Part shown: in pieces, positions 8,147-18,349 of the stretch
Position numbering within the stretch: position 1 is the first letter of the stretch
How the letters are laid out: each line of letters opens with the position of its first letter
Notes under the pieces: model-generated
The model's input: only the letters and a program-made list of their open reading frames with translations
The model's database searches: none
What the model was told of the DNA's origin: nothing
Made by a program: the position numbers and the translations under genes
Source: Candidatus Nomurabacteria bacterium
GTDB taxonomy: Bacteria; Patescibacteriota; Saccharimonadia; Saccharimonadales; VXPC01
Direction: 5' to 3'
Assembly: GCA_020631905.1 (NCBI GenBank)
Contig: JACKGQ010000001.1
Coordinates: forward strand, 293,854 to 357,853
Length of the DNA: 64,000 nt

Positions 8147-10867
8147 ATGCTAACAAGCTATATATTCAAAAAATCTACCCTAGTAGTCGCTCTATGTCTG
8201 GGCTGCTTGAGCTGGCTCTCTTTGGGGGGCACAACCAGTGCCGTGGCCGGCGATATTGGTAGCACTCTTCCGAACAATGGCAGCAGTTTGCCGTGGTTAG
8301 TCGTGACCAGGCCGGGCGGCAACGGCATGGACGCCAGCAAAAGCAAAGTGATTGCCTATGTACCGGCAAGCCTAACAAGTTTTAGCATGAACATTATCGA
8401 TGCCTGCGACCAAACACTTAACGATAAAAATGGTGGTTTGGCCGACACCTATTTCGATTTTATACCTAATGCTAGTATTAGCGCCTCGCCAGGCACAATA
8501 TTAAATATCGGCGGCAGAGATGTGGTGCGCTGTGATAGCGGGGTTAGCATCACCCCAGTGACTGTGAATATTGATAGCAGTGCTCCAACAGTGACAATTC
8601 ATACACCAAGCACAACAGATTACAAATTAGTAACTGTTCTAGCCAAAACCTCTACCACTAGTACTGGCATATATTATGTAAATCGGTTTCGTTATCAAAC
8701 AGTTACACCAGGGGTTCTGTTTGGCTATAGCCAGTTTACTGGCGCGCTGAATGAGAACACCAACATTTCTGCACTTACACCCGCTCAACATGTCGCTCTA
8801 GCGGCCAACTTTACGGCAATCTCTTACGACCAGACTTCGTCGCGCACATGGGGATGGAACACTAAAATTGCCTTTGCTCAGCCCTGCAGTACTTCGAGCG
8901 TGGAGCGTAAAAAAATCTTCTTCTACGACACCGACCATAACCCAAGTGGCAGCACGCTAAACCCATATTGGCAGACAGCATTGGCTGGGCAAACTATGAG
9001 CTATAAGATAGATGCCTATGCACGAGATACGCGTACATTTATTGGTACAGTAAAGACCGGTACATTAACCGGTGGTAATAATTTTGTTGATGCCAGTTCG
9101 CCAGACCTAAACATGGATCCAAACCAGTTTTATGTTATCGAAGTGCAGAATGTTAATTTGGTAAATAGCATTCAGATAGCCATCCCTTATGATCAAATAT
9201 ATGCCTACGACCAATGTTCGGGACCAGCACCAACCGTAACCGTAACAAGGGCAACCTGTGCCAATGGTTTTCAATTTACAGTTACCGACCGCAATGGCTA
9301 TAATTTTACGGCCGAACTGCAGGTCGATAACGCCAGCCTTTCGCCAGCCAGAACAATACCTGGTATTAATAGCGACGCTACACGAACATTCGATGTTTCT
9401 GACTGGCAAGATTTTACCGGCCATAACTTTAGAATTGCGGTTACGAATGACAGCTATCCAGGCGTATCGGTAACTACTGCAAACACTAGGGTTGGGCCGT
9501 GCTTAGAGCTTGCCTGCGGCGATGCTAGCACTACGCCATCGCCCGTAGAGGTTGGCAAGACATTTGCAGTGAATACCAGCTACGATATTCATATTACTGG
9601 TACGACAACTCCTGCTAGGGTTGGCTCCAAAGGCACATCTGTCAAGGTTGCACCAACAGTGTCTTTTGGTGGTTTAGGTGGATTTACCGAGCCAACTGTA
9701 CTACTTAATGATCCTGGGTATAAGCGGACCATCGACTCAACCTCGGGCACTAATTTTACGATCAACAATATTGGTGACTATACAGCTCCGACCACACCAG
9801 GAGAATTTACAATTAACTATGGTTTGGCTGGTGATTTAACTCTAAGTTGTAACGACAGTAGCGGTAACCGGATTGCCCAGTTGCCGTACTTTAAGGTCTA
9901 CGAAGCCGATGTGGTGACTGGCGCTGCTTTTGGGCTAGGCAATACTTCTAACGCTTGCGATGCTGGCTACATTCGTCGGACTAGTTCGCTAGGAAAGGCA
10001 CTTGGCTTTGCTCGGCTCGATACAGTTACTGGTTATTATTCTGGAGCTTCGGTCGAGTTTGCCTTGCGAGCTCAAGATGCTGTCAACGGAGTTGTGTCTA
10101 ATCTAAATAATGCCACTAATGCCAAAAGCCTAACTTTTGCTAATACCTTGCCAGCAAGTCCGACATGGGGAGGTAGCTTTGGCAGTAGTACATGCGTCGC
10201 CAACTACTGGTATCCTGCAAGTTTGCAGACTAGCTGGAGTAATGTAAACAACTATACGCTTAATAGTGGAGTTGGTAGGTCCGACGCGGCCTATATACGA
10301 CCTGCCAGTGGTACCCTTACGCTGAGGGGTTCGGGTAATATTCGAAACCGCCACGCGCTATATGTTGACGGCAACCTGCTAATTACCGATGGTGGTGGCG
10401 GGGCTCAGATAAACTATGGTGGTTATGACTGGCAGACAGTCGATGATATCCCGACAATTTATATCTACGTGCGTGGAAATATCTATATAGCCCCAGGTGT
10501 TACTAGTATCGATGCCGTCTTAATTGCTCTCCCAGTCGATACGTCTTCGCCAGCCGACAACCTAGCCGATTCTGGAGGCAAAATCTACACCTGCAGTACT
10601 GGTGGCTTAGCTAATCCGGCTACTCATTATGCACGCTGCAATAATCAGCTAGTAATTAACGGAGCCTTGGTGGCAGACGAAGTTCACTTCGGTCGAACAA
10701 ATGGCTCGACTAGTTTGTCGGCCTATAACGAGGGGCCTACGAGTCCAAATATAGCCGAAGTAATTTATATGAGCCCAGAATACTATTTGGCCACACCTCC
10801 TCAGCCAGCTGTCTCGAGTAGTTTGTATCAGACTGACAGTGCTCAGACATTACCACCGACACTTTAG
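8147..10867 (+). CDS. large secreted protein (906 aa), unknown function, candidate adhesin
   Basis: Signal-peptide-like N-terminus (ends AVAGD). T/S/N/G-rich beta-type composition. Lies directly upstream of pilM in the same orientation. Confidence 0.75.
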   Translation: MLTSYIFKKSTLVVALCLGCLSWLSLGGTTSAVAGDIGSTLPNNGSSLPWLVVTRPGGNGMDASKSKVIAYVPASLTSFSMNIIDACDQTLNDKNGGLADTYFDFIPNASISASPGTILNIGGRDVVRCDSGVSITPVTVNIDSSAPTVTIHTPSTTDYKLVTVLAKTSTTSTGIYYVNRFRYQTVTPGVLFGYSQFTGALNENTNISALTPAQHVALAANFTAISYDQTSSRTWGWNTKIAFAQPCSTSSVERKKIFFYDTDHNPSGSTLNPYWQTALAGQTMSYKIDAYARDTRTFIGTVKTGTLTGGNNFVDASSPDLNMDPNQFYVIEVQNVNLVNSIQIAIPYDQIYAYDQCSGPAPTVTVTRATCANGFQFTVTDRNGYNFTAELQVDNASLSPARTIPGINSDATRTFDVSDWQDFTGHNFRIAVTNDSYPGVSVTTANTRVGPCLELACGDASTTPSPVEVGKTFAVNTSYDIHITGTTTPARVGSKGTSVKVAPTVSFGGLGGFTEPTVLLNDPGYKRTIDSTSGTNFTINNIGDYTAPTTPGEFTINYGLAGDLTLSCNDSSGNRIAQLPYFKVYEADVVTGAAFGLGNTSNACDAGYIRRTSSLGKALGFARLDTVTGYYSGASVEFALRAQDAVNGVVSNLNNATNAKSLTFANTLPASPTWGGSFGSSTCVANYWYPASLQTSWSNVNNYTLNSGVGRSDAAYIRPASGTLTLRGSGNIRNRHALYVDGNLLITDGGGGAQINYGGYDWQTVDDIPTIYIYVRGNIYIAPGVTSIDAVLIALPVDTSSPADNLADSGGKIYTCSTGGLANPATHYARCNNQLVINGALVADEVHFGRTNGSTSLSAYNEGPTSPNIAEVIYMSPEYYLATPPQPAVSSSLYQTDSAQTLPPTL

Positions 10868-10916
10868 TCAAAAACTATTGGCATAAGCAGTTAGACTGCT
10901 ATAATACTACCTAACT

Positions 10917-11960
10917 ATGGGTATCTTGAGTGGGATTTCAGACTTCTTCGGCCTAGACATTGGCACTGGAGCGATTCGAGTTGTGCAGCTACATGGTAGC
11001 GGGGCTAGCAAAACACTGGTTCGTTATGGGGCTTCGCCACTTGCGCCGAATCTGTCGCAGAGTGATTCACCAGCCGATCAGCAGCAGCTCGCCGCTGCTC
11101 TCAAAGATGCATTATCTAAGCATCGCATCACGACTCGCAACGTGGCCGTTGGCCTGCCATCGAATCGAGTTTTCTCGACAGTTGTTGATATCGATAAGCT
11201 ACCTCCAGCCGAACTTGGTAAAACGATTATGTTCCAAGCCGATTCGATTATCCCAACGCCTATCCAGGATTCTAAGATAGATTGGGCAGTCATAGGCGAA
11301 TCACCAAAAGATCCTGCCAAGCTCGAACTTCTGGTAAGTAGTGTCGCAAACGAATTTGTTGAACGCCGATTAGACTTGCTCGAAAACATCGGTCTAAATG
11401 TGATTGCTTTCGAGCCGGATAACCTGGCTGTAGCCAGATCGATGGTGGCAGCAGGCGGGTCGACTGGTCCAGTTATGATTATAGACATGGGCATTCGCTC
11501 GACCGAACTGGTAATAGTTATGAATGACACACCAAAACTTAGTAGAAGTATCAACACTGGCTCAGACGCAATCATCAAGTCGGCTATGCAAGGCTTGGCA
11601 ATCGACTATAAACAGGCTGAACAGTTTGTGTATAAATTCGGCATGGTCAAAGACAAGCTCGAAGGTCAGGTGGAACGTGCTATAAATCCAACCATCGATG
11701 TAATTATTAGCGAGATTGAAAAGACAATCCATTTCTTTGAAAACCGCTACCTTGGGGTCAAGATGGGCAAGTTACTGGCAACTGGATCGGCAGCAATCTT
11801 GCCAGAGTTACCACTTCACCTAGCAAATCGCTTTGGGGTTAATGTCGAGATTGGTAATGCCTGGCAGAATGTAGTATACCCAGCCGATCGTCAGAACGAG
11901 CTTATGGCAGTTTCGAACCATTTTGGTGTGGCAAGTGGCTTAGCCCAGAGGAGAGAGTAA
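10917..11960 (+). CDS. pilM: type IV pilus assembly protein PilM (actin-like ATPase fold)
   Basis: N-terminal FFGLDIGTGAIRVVQL. Length and position before pilN/pilO fit PilM. Own TTGGCA-16-TATAAT promoter at 10878-10905. Confidence 0.9.
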   Translation: MGILSGISDFFGLDIGTGAIRVVQLHGSGASKTLVRYGASPLAPNLSQSDSPADQQQLAAALKDALSKHRITTRNVAVGLPSNRVFSTVVDIDKLPPAELGKTIMFQADSIIPTPIQDSKIDWAVIGESPKDPAKLELLVSSVANEFVERRLDLLENIGLNVIAFEPDNLAVARSMVAAGGSTGPVMIIDMGIRSTELVIVMNDTPKLSRSINTGSDAIIKSAMQGLAIDYKQAEQFVYKFGMVKDKLEGQVERAINPTIDVIISEIEKTIHFFENRYLGVKMGKLLATGSAAILPELPLHLANRFGVNVEIGNAWQNVVYPADRQNELMAVSNHFGVASGLAQRRE

Positions 11961-11961
11961 G

Positions 11962-12687
11962 ATGATTCAGCTGAACTTGCTACCAGATGTCAAACAGCAA
12001 TACATAAAGACTAAGCGGACTCGTAGGCTGATTACCATGATTTGCTTAACCGCTTCAGCAGTTTCATTGGCTGCAACAGCCTTATTATTTACTACAACCG
12101 ATGTTTGGCAGCAACATAAGATAAATGGCTTAACTGAAGATATTCAAACACAGCTCAAAGAGCTACAAGACGTGCCTCAACTCAGTAAAATTCTGACAGT
12201 CCAGGAACAACTAAATGGGCTAGATACCCTACATAGCGAAAAGTATGCCTCAACCCGTCTGTTTGGCTACTTGGGGCAAATTTTGCCAGAAGGTGTGTCT
12301 TTGTCTGATATGCAAGTAGACTTCGCCTTGTCGAGTATTGAACTTACTGGTCGGGCTGATAGCTTACAGACAATCAATAAATTTGTCGACACGCTTAAAT
12401 TTACTAACTATGTTGTTTATGAGCTCGATACACAAACCAAAGAGGTTATTAATCAGCAAGACGCCGCTAAAGCGTTTGGAGAAGTAGTTCTGTCTAGCTC
12501 GAACAAAACTGAATCGGCCACGTCGTTTATTATAAATGCTAAATTCGATCCAACGATTTTCGAAACAACAGTTCAAGGAGTCGATACGAATCGGGTTAAG
12601 CTAGTTGTTCCGAAGGTTATTACCACACGGTCCGAAACAGAAAACCCATCGGCTATATTTGATGCCCCAGCAGAGGAGACAAAATGA
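11962..12687 (+). CDS. pilN: PilN-like pilus assembly protein
   Basis: MIQLNLLPD start motif followed by a single TM helix. Sits immediately after pilM. Confidence 0.8.
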   Translation: MIQLNLLPDVKQQYIKTKRTRRLITMICLTASAVSLAATALLFTTTDVWQQHKINGLTEDIQTQLKELQDVPQLSKILTVQEQLNGLDTLHSEKYASTRLFGYLGQILPEGVSLSDMQVDFALSSIELTGRADSLQTINKFVDTLKFTNYVVYELDTQTKEVINQQDAAKAFGEVVLSSSNKTESATSFIINAKFDPTIFETTVQGVDTNRVKLVVPKVITTRSETENPSAIFDAPAEETK

Positions 12688-13337
12688 CCAAAAATAACAC
12701 CCGTCTTTCAGTAAAAAGGCTGATAGTTAGCAGGGATCAGGCTCGAACTGTACTAACGATTGCTTTAACTGCTTCGGTTATTGCATTCTGTGCGGTTGGC
12801 TCGAGGGTTTATTTTGCAAAAATGCGTCACCAGGGCCGGGTAATCGATGCCAAGCAAGACACTCTCCAGCAGCTCAAAGATAATATCGATGTCGCTAATA
12901 AGCTAGAAGCAGCCTACACAACATTTGATAGCGCCAACGAATCGGTGTTGGGTAACCCCGACGAGACAAATTCACGCATCGTTCTAGATGCCTTGCCAAG
13001 TAAATACGACTTTGCGGCCGTACTCACGAGTGTCGAAAAAATCTTATCATATGGGACCTATACAGTTAATCGGATCGAAGGAATCGATCAAGAACTCGAA
13101 GCTCTCCAAGAAAGTGCTACGCCTGAGCCTGTTGAAATTCCGCTAACTATCTCGGTTAGCACAAACTATAAAGGCGCCCAACAGTTATTAAATGATTTAT
13201 ACAGATCGATCAGGCCTATGAACATTCAGAAAGTTGGTTTATCTGGCAGCGATGATAGCTTAAACCTCGAAATCGATCTGTTTACATACTATCAGCCAGA
13301 AAAGAAGCTCGATGTTAGTACAAAGGAGATCAAATAA
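12684..13337 (+). CDS. pilO: PilO-like pilus assembly protein
   Basis: N-terminal TM plus coiled coil plus C-terminal alpha/beta region. 4-nt overlap with pilN. Position is typical of PilO. Confidence 0.65.
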   Translation: MTKNNTRLSVKRLIVSRDQARTVLTIALTASVIAFCAVGSRVYFAKMRHQGRVIDAKQDTLQQLKDNIDVANKLEAAYTTFDSANESVLGNPDETNSRIVLDALPSKYDFAAVLTSVEKILSYGTYTVNRIEGIDQELEALQESATPEPVEIPLTISVSTNYKGAQQLLNDLYRSIRPMNIQKVGLSGSDDSLNLEIDLFTYYQPEKKLDVSTKEIK

Positions 13338-13591
13338 TGCGCCAAAAAGACATTGCACTGATAGTTTTTGCTAGCGGTATGTCGGCATTGATTGCTTTTG
13401 CGCTAGGTAATTATGTGCTTGGTGGTACCAATCGCTCTACCAATGTTGAGACTGTCCAGGCGATAACGGCTGAGTTTCAGCTACCTGACTCTCGGTTCTT
13501 TAATGACAACTCACTTAACCCGACTACAACCATTCAAATTGGAGACAGTAATAACCCAAATCCATTTAAAGATTCTCAAGGTACGCAGTAG
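13337..13591 (+). CDS. small membrane protein (84 aa) in the pilus operon
   Basis: N-terminal TM helix. Start overlaps the pilO stop (ATAATG). Confidence 0.5.
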   Translation: MRQKDIALIVFASGMSALIAFALGNYVLGGTNRSTNVETVQAITAEFQLPDSRFFNDNSLNPTTTIQIGDSNNPNPFKDSQGTQ

Positions 13592-13603
13592 CGAGGCGGC
13601 CTA

Positions 13604-15373
13604 ATGAGCGTAATGGTTGCCGAGAACCAAGCCAAGGTTGAAAGCGAGCTCCTTAGAGAGAAGATATTTAGTGATTTTCAGCTAAAGGAACACAGAGATA
13701 AGGCCAAAGCTGCCGACATACCTTTTTTTAGCTATCTTATTGATAATAGCTTGCTGACAGACGAACAGCTTACCAAGGCGATCGCGGTCGTTTCGAAAGT
13801 ACCATATGTCAATTTGAGCCAAGCAAAAGTAAACCCTCAGACCTTATCTTTGCTCCCCGAAGAAATTGCTCAGACTTACATGGCTGTACCGCTTGGTGAG
13901 ATGCAAAGCCGCTTAGTGGTTGCGATGCTTGATGCCGGTAATGTTCAAGCAGTCGACTTTTTGTCGAATAAAATTGGCCGCGCCTTAAAGGTGTATATGG
14001 CTAGTGAGAGCGGCATTCGGAATGTCTTGAAACAGTATCAGGTGCAGCTCGACAAAGATGTTGCCGACGTAATCGACCAGGACCAATCGAGCCTTGATCG
14101 CACTGAAGATAATATTAAGACGATTGTTCAAGACTCGCCAATAAGTAAAGCTTTGTCGGCGATACTTGAGTATGCCGCCAAGAATCGAGCCAGCGACATA
14201 CACATCGAACCGCTCGAAAAAGAACTTAAAATAAGAGCTCGAGTTGACGGTGTACTGCGAGAAATTATGAAGCTACCAAAAAGTAGTGAGGCACCATTTG
14301 TATCGCGCATAAAAATTTTAAGCAACCTAAAAATAGATGAACACCGAATTCCTCAGGATGGACAGTTTACAATTCGAGTAGCTGATCATCCGATTGATTT
14401 AAGAATTGCGATTTCGCCAGTAGTCTGGGGTGAACAGGTAGTAATTCGTTTACTCGACAAAACAGGCACGAGCTTACGCCTGGAAGACATGGGATACACA
14501 GGTCGGGCTCTACGTACAATTCGCGAAGGTATAAAAAACTCTAATGGCATGATTCTAACATCTGGCCCAACTGGTTCGGGTAAATCTACCTCTTTGTATG
14601 CCTTAATCCAGGAAATAAAAAGTGATGATATTAATATCGTTACCCTCGAAGATCCGGTTGAATACAAAATGGAAGGCATTAATCAGATACAAGTTAATGC
14701 CGAAGTTGGCTTAACATTTGCCTCAGGGTTGCGGTCTATTTTGCGTCAGGACCCTGATGTGGTCATGGTTGGTGAGATTCGTGACAAAGAAACTGCCCAG
14801 TTGGCGGTGCAGGCTGCTCTGACGGGTCACTTAGTATTTAGTACACTTCACACAAATTCGGCGGCTGGTATTTTGCCTCGACTTCTCGATATGGGTATCG
14901 AACCTTTCCTGATTGCTAGCACGGTTCGGACAGTTATCGGCCAGCGCCTAGTCCGGCGTTTGGCTCCCGATGGTCTAGAAACATACGATAGCAACGATAC
15001 CGAGACAGCAGGAATTATCGAAAATATTGGCAGTTTACTACCGCAAACAGATTCGGACATTAATGCCGCCAGTGAAGACTTGGGTTACCAGAGCCTACCA
15101 ACAGCCAAGCAGGCTAGCTATAAACTGTATCATGGCACAGATAGTCGTGAGCACCCCGGTGGTTATAAAGGTCGTTTAGGATTATACGAAGTCTTTAATA
15201 TGAGCGACGAAATTCAGAAGCTAATTTTAGCCCGAGCTACCAGTTCTGAAATTCAGCAAGCGGCTTTAGCCCAGGGAATGATTTCGATGCGTCAAGATGG
15301 CTATCTGAAAGCTTTAGCAGGAATGACCAGTTTAGATGAAGTAAACCGCGTCGCGGCAGCCGATAATGCTTAA
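13604..15373 (+). CDS. pilB: type IV pilus extension ATPase PilB (GspE family)
   Basis: T2SSE N-domain. Walker A GPTGSGKST, Asp box, Walker B VVMVGEIRD, His box TGHLVFSTLHTN. Confidence 0.95.
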   Translation: MSVMVAENQAKVESELLREKIFSDFQLKEHRDKAKAADIPFFSYLIDNSLLTDEQLTKAIAVVSKVPYVNLSQAKVNPQTLSLLPEEIAQTYMAVPLGEMQSRLVVAMLDAGNVQAVDFLSNKIGRALKVYMASESGIRNVLKQYQVQLDKDVADVIDQDQSSLDRTEDNIKTIVQDSPISKALSAILEYAAKNRASDIHIEPLEKELKIRARVDGVLREIMKLPKSSEAPFVSRIKILSNLKIDEHRIPQDGQFTIRVADHPIDLRIAISPVVWGEQVVIRLLDKTGTSLRLEDMGYTGRALRTIREGIKNSNGMILTSGPTGSGKSTSLYALIQEIKSDDINIVTLEDPVEYKMEGINQIQVNAEVGLTFASGLRSILRQDPDVVMVGEIRDKETAQLAVQAALTGHLVFSTLHTNSAAGILPRLLDMGIEPFLIASTVRTVIGQRLVRRLAPDGLETYDSNDTETAGIIENIGSLLPQTDSDINAASEDLGYQSLPTAKQASYKLYHGTDSREHPGGYKGRLGLYEVFNMSDEIQKLILARATSSEIQQAALAQGMISMRQDGYLKALAGMTSLDEVNRVAAADNA

Positions 15374-15452
15374 GCTTATATCTATAAAATTCTTTGAAAT
15401 GCTTAAGCTACATGTATAATGTTAATCAGATAAACAGGGTGGAATAATACAA

Positions 15453-16517
15453 ATGGCCGGACTCAGAATCGAAGCATTACTGGAAGAAGTTGTAAAGCGC
15501 AAAGCTTCTGATTTGCATTTGCAGGTTGGTTTACCACCAATGTTGAGGGTAGATGGAAGCTTGGTGCAGGTTGCTGGAACAGAAAAGCTTTCGGAAGAAG
15601 AGGTCGAAAGGTTAGTATTTGCAATTTTGGACGAAGATCAGAAACAGATACTACTAAAAGACAAAGAGTTTGACTTTAGCTTTGCTTTTGGTGATATGGG
15701 CAGGTTTAGGGTTAACGCTTTTCATGGAAGCGGCAATATTGCAGCAGCTCTCCGCTTGATCCCAAACGAAATCTTATCGATCGATCAGCTGGGCTTACCC
15801 GATATTGTCAAGAAATTTGCCGAGTACCCTAGAGGACTCGTGCTGGTAACTGGCCCAACTGGCTCAGGTAAGTCCACTACTTTGGCGGCAATTATTGGTA
15901 AGATCAATCAAGAAAGAGCTGAGCATATTATTACCATCGAAGACCCAATTGAGTACACTCACAAGTCGCAGAAATCTGTGGTTATCCAGAGGGAAGTTCA
16001 CTACGATACATATTCTTTTAGTGCAGCTCTCCGCTCTAGCTTACGCCAAGATCCAGATGTAGTCTTGATTGGTGAGATGCGTGATCTCGAAACGATTGCA
16101 GCCGCAATTACGATTGCCGAAACCGGCCACTTAGTGTTTGCGACCCTACACACCAACTCAGCAGCTCAAAGTATTGATCGTATGATTGATGTATTCCCAC
16201 CACATCAACAGCCTCAAGTACGCTCTCAGCTGAGCAATATCTTAATGGCAATTTGCTCGCAACGTCTCGTGCCTGCAATCGGAGGTGGTCGAATTGCTGC
16301 TTCGGAAATCATGATTGCTACTCCGGCCGTTAGAAATATTATTCGTGAAGGCAAAACCCACCAGCTAGACGCCGTGATCCAAACCGGAGCAGAGTTTGGT
16401 ATGCAGAGTATGGACAAGACGCTTGTGGAACTAATCCACGCCGGGACCATAAACTACGACGAAGCTCGGAATTTTGCTGTCGACATTGAAGAGTTAGATA
16501 GATTAATGCGGGGCTAG
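15453..16517 (+). CDS. pilT: twitching-motility retraction ATPase PilT
   Basis: ASDLHL motif, GPTGSGKSTT, VVLIGEMRD, TGHLVFATLHTN. 354 aa, PilT size. Confidence 0.95.
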   Translation: MAGLRIEALLEEVVKRKASDLHLQVGLPPMLRVDGSLVQVAGTEKLSEEEVERLVFAILDEDQKQILLKDKEFDFSFAFGDMGRFRVNAFHGSGNIAAALRLIPNEILSIDQLGLPDIVKKFAEYPRGLVLVTGPTGSGKSTTLAAIIGKINQERAEHIITIEDPIEYTHKSQKSVVIQREVHYDTYSFSAALRSSLRQDPDVVLIGEMRDLETIAAAITIAETGHLVFATLHTNSAAQSIDRMIDVFPPHQQPQVRSQLSNILMAICSQRLVPAIGGGRIAASEIMIATPAVRNIIREGKTHQLDAVIQTGAEFGMQSMDKTLVELIHAGTINYDEARNFAVDIEELDRLMRG

Positions 16518-16518
16518 A

Positions 16519-17733
16519 ATGATTACGTTTAAGTATGAGGCCCGCGACCCAAAAACAGGCAATAAAATTACCTCAACAATCCAGGCTGATTCAGAGCAAG
16601 CTGCCGGGAAACTACTAATTACCCAAGGCTTAGCACCAATAAATATTGAGCCAATCAAGGAAAAGGGCGGTGTCCTAAATCGAGGCAATAAGGTAAAAAG
16701 TAAAGACAGGATTGTTTTTGCGCGCGAGTTATCTACTTTAATAAACGCCGGACTTCCACTCGTACAAAGCCTACGTAGCGTTGGCGATCAGACAGATAGT
16801 AAGCCCATGAAACTGGTAATCAATCAGATCATCGGTGATGTTGAGGCAGGAAAGTCGTTTTCAACGGCTTTGAGCCGACACCCAAAAATATTTAACGGTA
16901 TATTCATAAGCATGGTTAGCGCCGGTGAAGCTTCTGGTACGCTCGACAGGGCACTCGAACGACTGGCTATTCAGCAGGAAAAAGATGCCGAGGTAATTAG
17001 CAAAGTCAGGGGTGCGTTAGTTTATCCAGCCATTGTTATGTTGGTTATGGGTGGAGTTGTGACATTTATGATTGTTGGTGTGTTGCCTCAGGTAAAAAGC
17101 ATCTACTCAGGCCTTAAAGGTGCGAGCCTGCCTTGGATAACCAGGCTACTGCTTTGGATCTCGGATACAATCATTGCCTACTGGTGGATTGCCTTAATTG
17201 TTTTGATCTTGCTTGTCTTCTTTGGCATGAAATGGTTCAAAACAGTGTCGGGGCGTCTGTTTGCCGATCGTTTTAAACTCAAGGTGCCACCATTTAATCG
17301 TTTATTCATGAAGTTGTATATGGCCAGGTTCTCTCGTACAGCCCACACTTTAATTGCTAGTGGTGTGCCACTTATCCAGGTGCTTGAAATTGTCTCGAAG
17401 TCTATCAACAACGTGCTGGTTGAAGCGTCGATAAAGAAGGGCACCGAGAAAGTTAAGGGTGGTAAATCTTTGGCCGATTCACTCCAGGGGGATCCTAACT
17501 TCTTGCCCCTAGTTCCAAATATGTTAAGAATTGGTGAGGAATCTGGTTCGGTGGAGCAAATGATGGAGCGGACCGCCGAATACTACGAAAAAGAAGTAGA
17601 TAACGAAATCAAGACAATATCGACGATTATTGAACCAGTTTTGATGGTCATTCTCGGAGTAGTTGCGATTACGATCGTAGCGGCAATATTGCTACCAATC
17701 TACTCACTTGTAGGCAAGAACATACTTGGCTAG
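16519..17733 (+). CDS. pilC: type IV pilus platform protein PilC (GspF family)
   Basis: Duplicated T2SSF domains and three TM segments. 404 aa. Confidence 0.95.
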   Translation: MITFKYEARDPKTGNKITSTIQADSEQAAGKLLITQGLAPINIEPIKEKGGVLNRGNKVKSKDRIVFARELSTLINAGLPLVQSLRSVGDQTDSKPMKLVINQIIGDVEAGKSFSTALSRHPKIFNGIFISMVSAGEASGTLDRALERLAIQQEKDAEVISKVRGALVYPAIVMLVMGGVVTFMIVGVLPQVKSIYSGLKGASLPWITRLLLWISDTIIAYWWIALIVLILLVFFGMKWFKTVSGRLFADRFKLKVPPFNRLFMKLYMARFSRTAHTLIASGVPLIQVLEIVSKSINNVLVEASIKKGTEKVKGGKSLADSLQGDPNFLPLVPNMLRIGEESGSVEQMMERTAEYYEKEVDNEIKTISTIIEPVLMVILGVVAITIVAAILLPIYSLVGKNILG

Positions 17734-17740
17734 TAAAAAC

Positions 17741-17768
17741 TTGCATCATCGGTCTAACTGTGTAGAAT
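17741..17768 (+). promoter_or_regulatory. promoter of the pilin gene
   Basis: TTGCAT (17741-17746), 16-nt spacer, TAGAAT (17763-17768). Confidence 0.6.
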
Positions 17769-17786
17769 TATAAGCATGAGCAAATA

Positions 17787-18287
17787 ATGCTATTTAAGAC
17801 AAGGGGAATGTTAATAATGACACCTAGGGCACTACAAAAAAACAAAGAAGGATTCACTATTATTGAGGTAATGATTGTTCTGGCGATTGCCGGCTTAATC
17901 ATCTTGATTGTATTTTTGGCCGTACCTGCGCTCCAACGCAATAGCCGTAACACTCAGCGTCGTAACGATGCCGCGAGAGTAAGCGGACTTCTGTCTGAGT
18001 ACACAACCAACAACAATGGTCGTTTACCAGCTAACTCGGCTGCACTACAGGCCTTGATCGGCACTCAGTTAAGTATTTACGATGTGACTTCGATCACCTT
18101 GGCCGCCGCAACCGAAGCTACTGGCAACGATGCGGCAGCTGCAGCCAGCAGTAACAGTACCGTAGTTGTTGTGTCCAATGCTACTTGTTCAGATAACAAC
18201 GCAGTTGCTGGTGGCGGGTCTCGAGCTTACACTGTAACCTTTGCAGTTGAAACCAGTGGTGGTGGCAGTACTGCCCAGTGCTTGTAA
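17787..18287 (+). CDS. pilA: type IV major pilin (prepilin); true start may be ATG 17808
   Basis: Class III signal KNKEG|FTIIEVMIVLAIAGLI with Glu at +5. Own promoter and strong terminator. Confidence 0.85.
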   Translation: MLFKTRGMLIMTPRALQKNKEGFTIIEVMIVLAIAGLIILIVFLAVPALQRNSRNTQRRNDAARVSGLLSEYTTNNNGRLPANSAALQALIGTQLSIYDVTSITLAAATEATGNDAAAAASSNSTVVVVSNATCSDNNAVAGGGSRAYTVTFAVETSGGGSTAQCL

Positions 18288-18302
18288 GGATTTCTTGCGG
18301 TA

Positions 18303-18333
18303 ATAAAACGGCCGTTCTGGCCGTTTTATTATG
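18303..18333 (+). terminator. intrinsic terminator after pilin gene
   Basis: ATAAAACGGCC / GGCCGTTTTAT stem followed by a T-run. Confidence 0.85.
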
Positions 18334-18349
18334 ATAAAATGCTAGCCTA

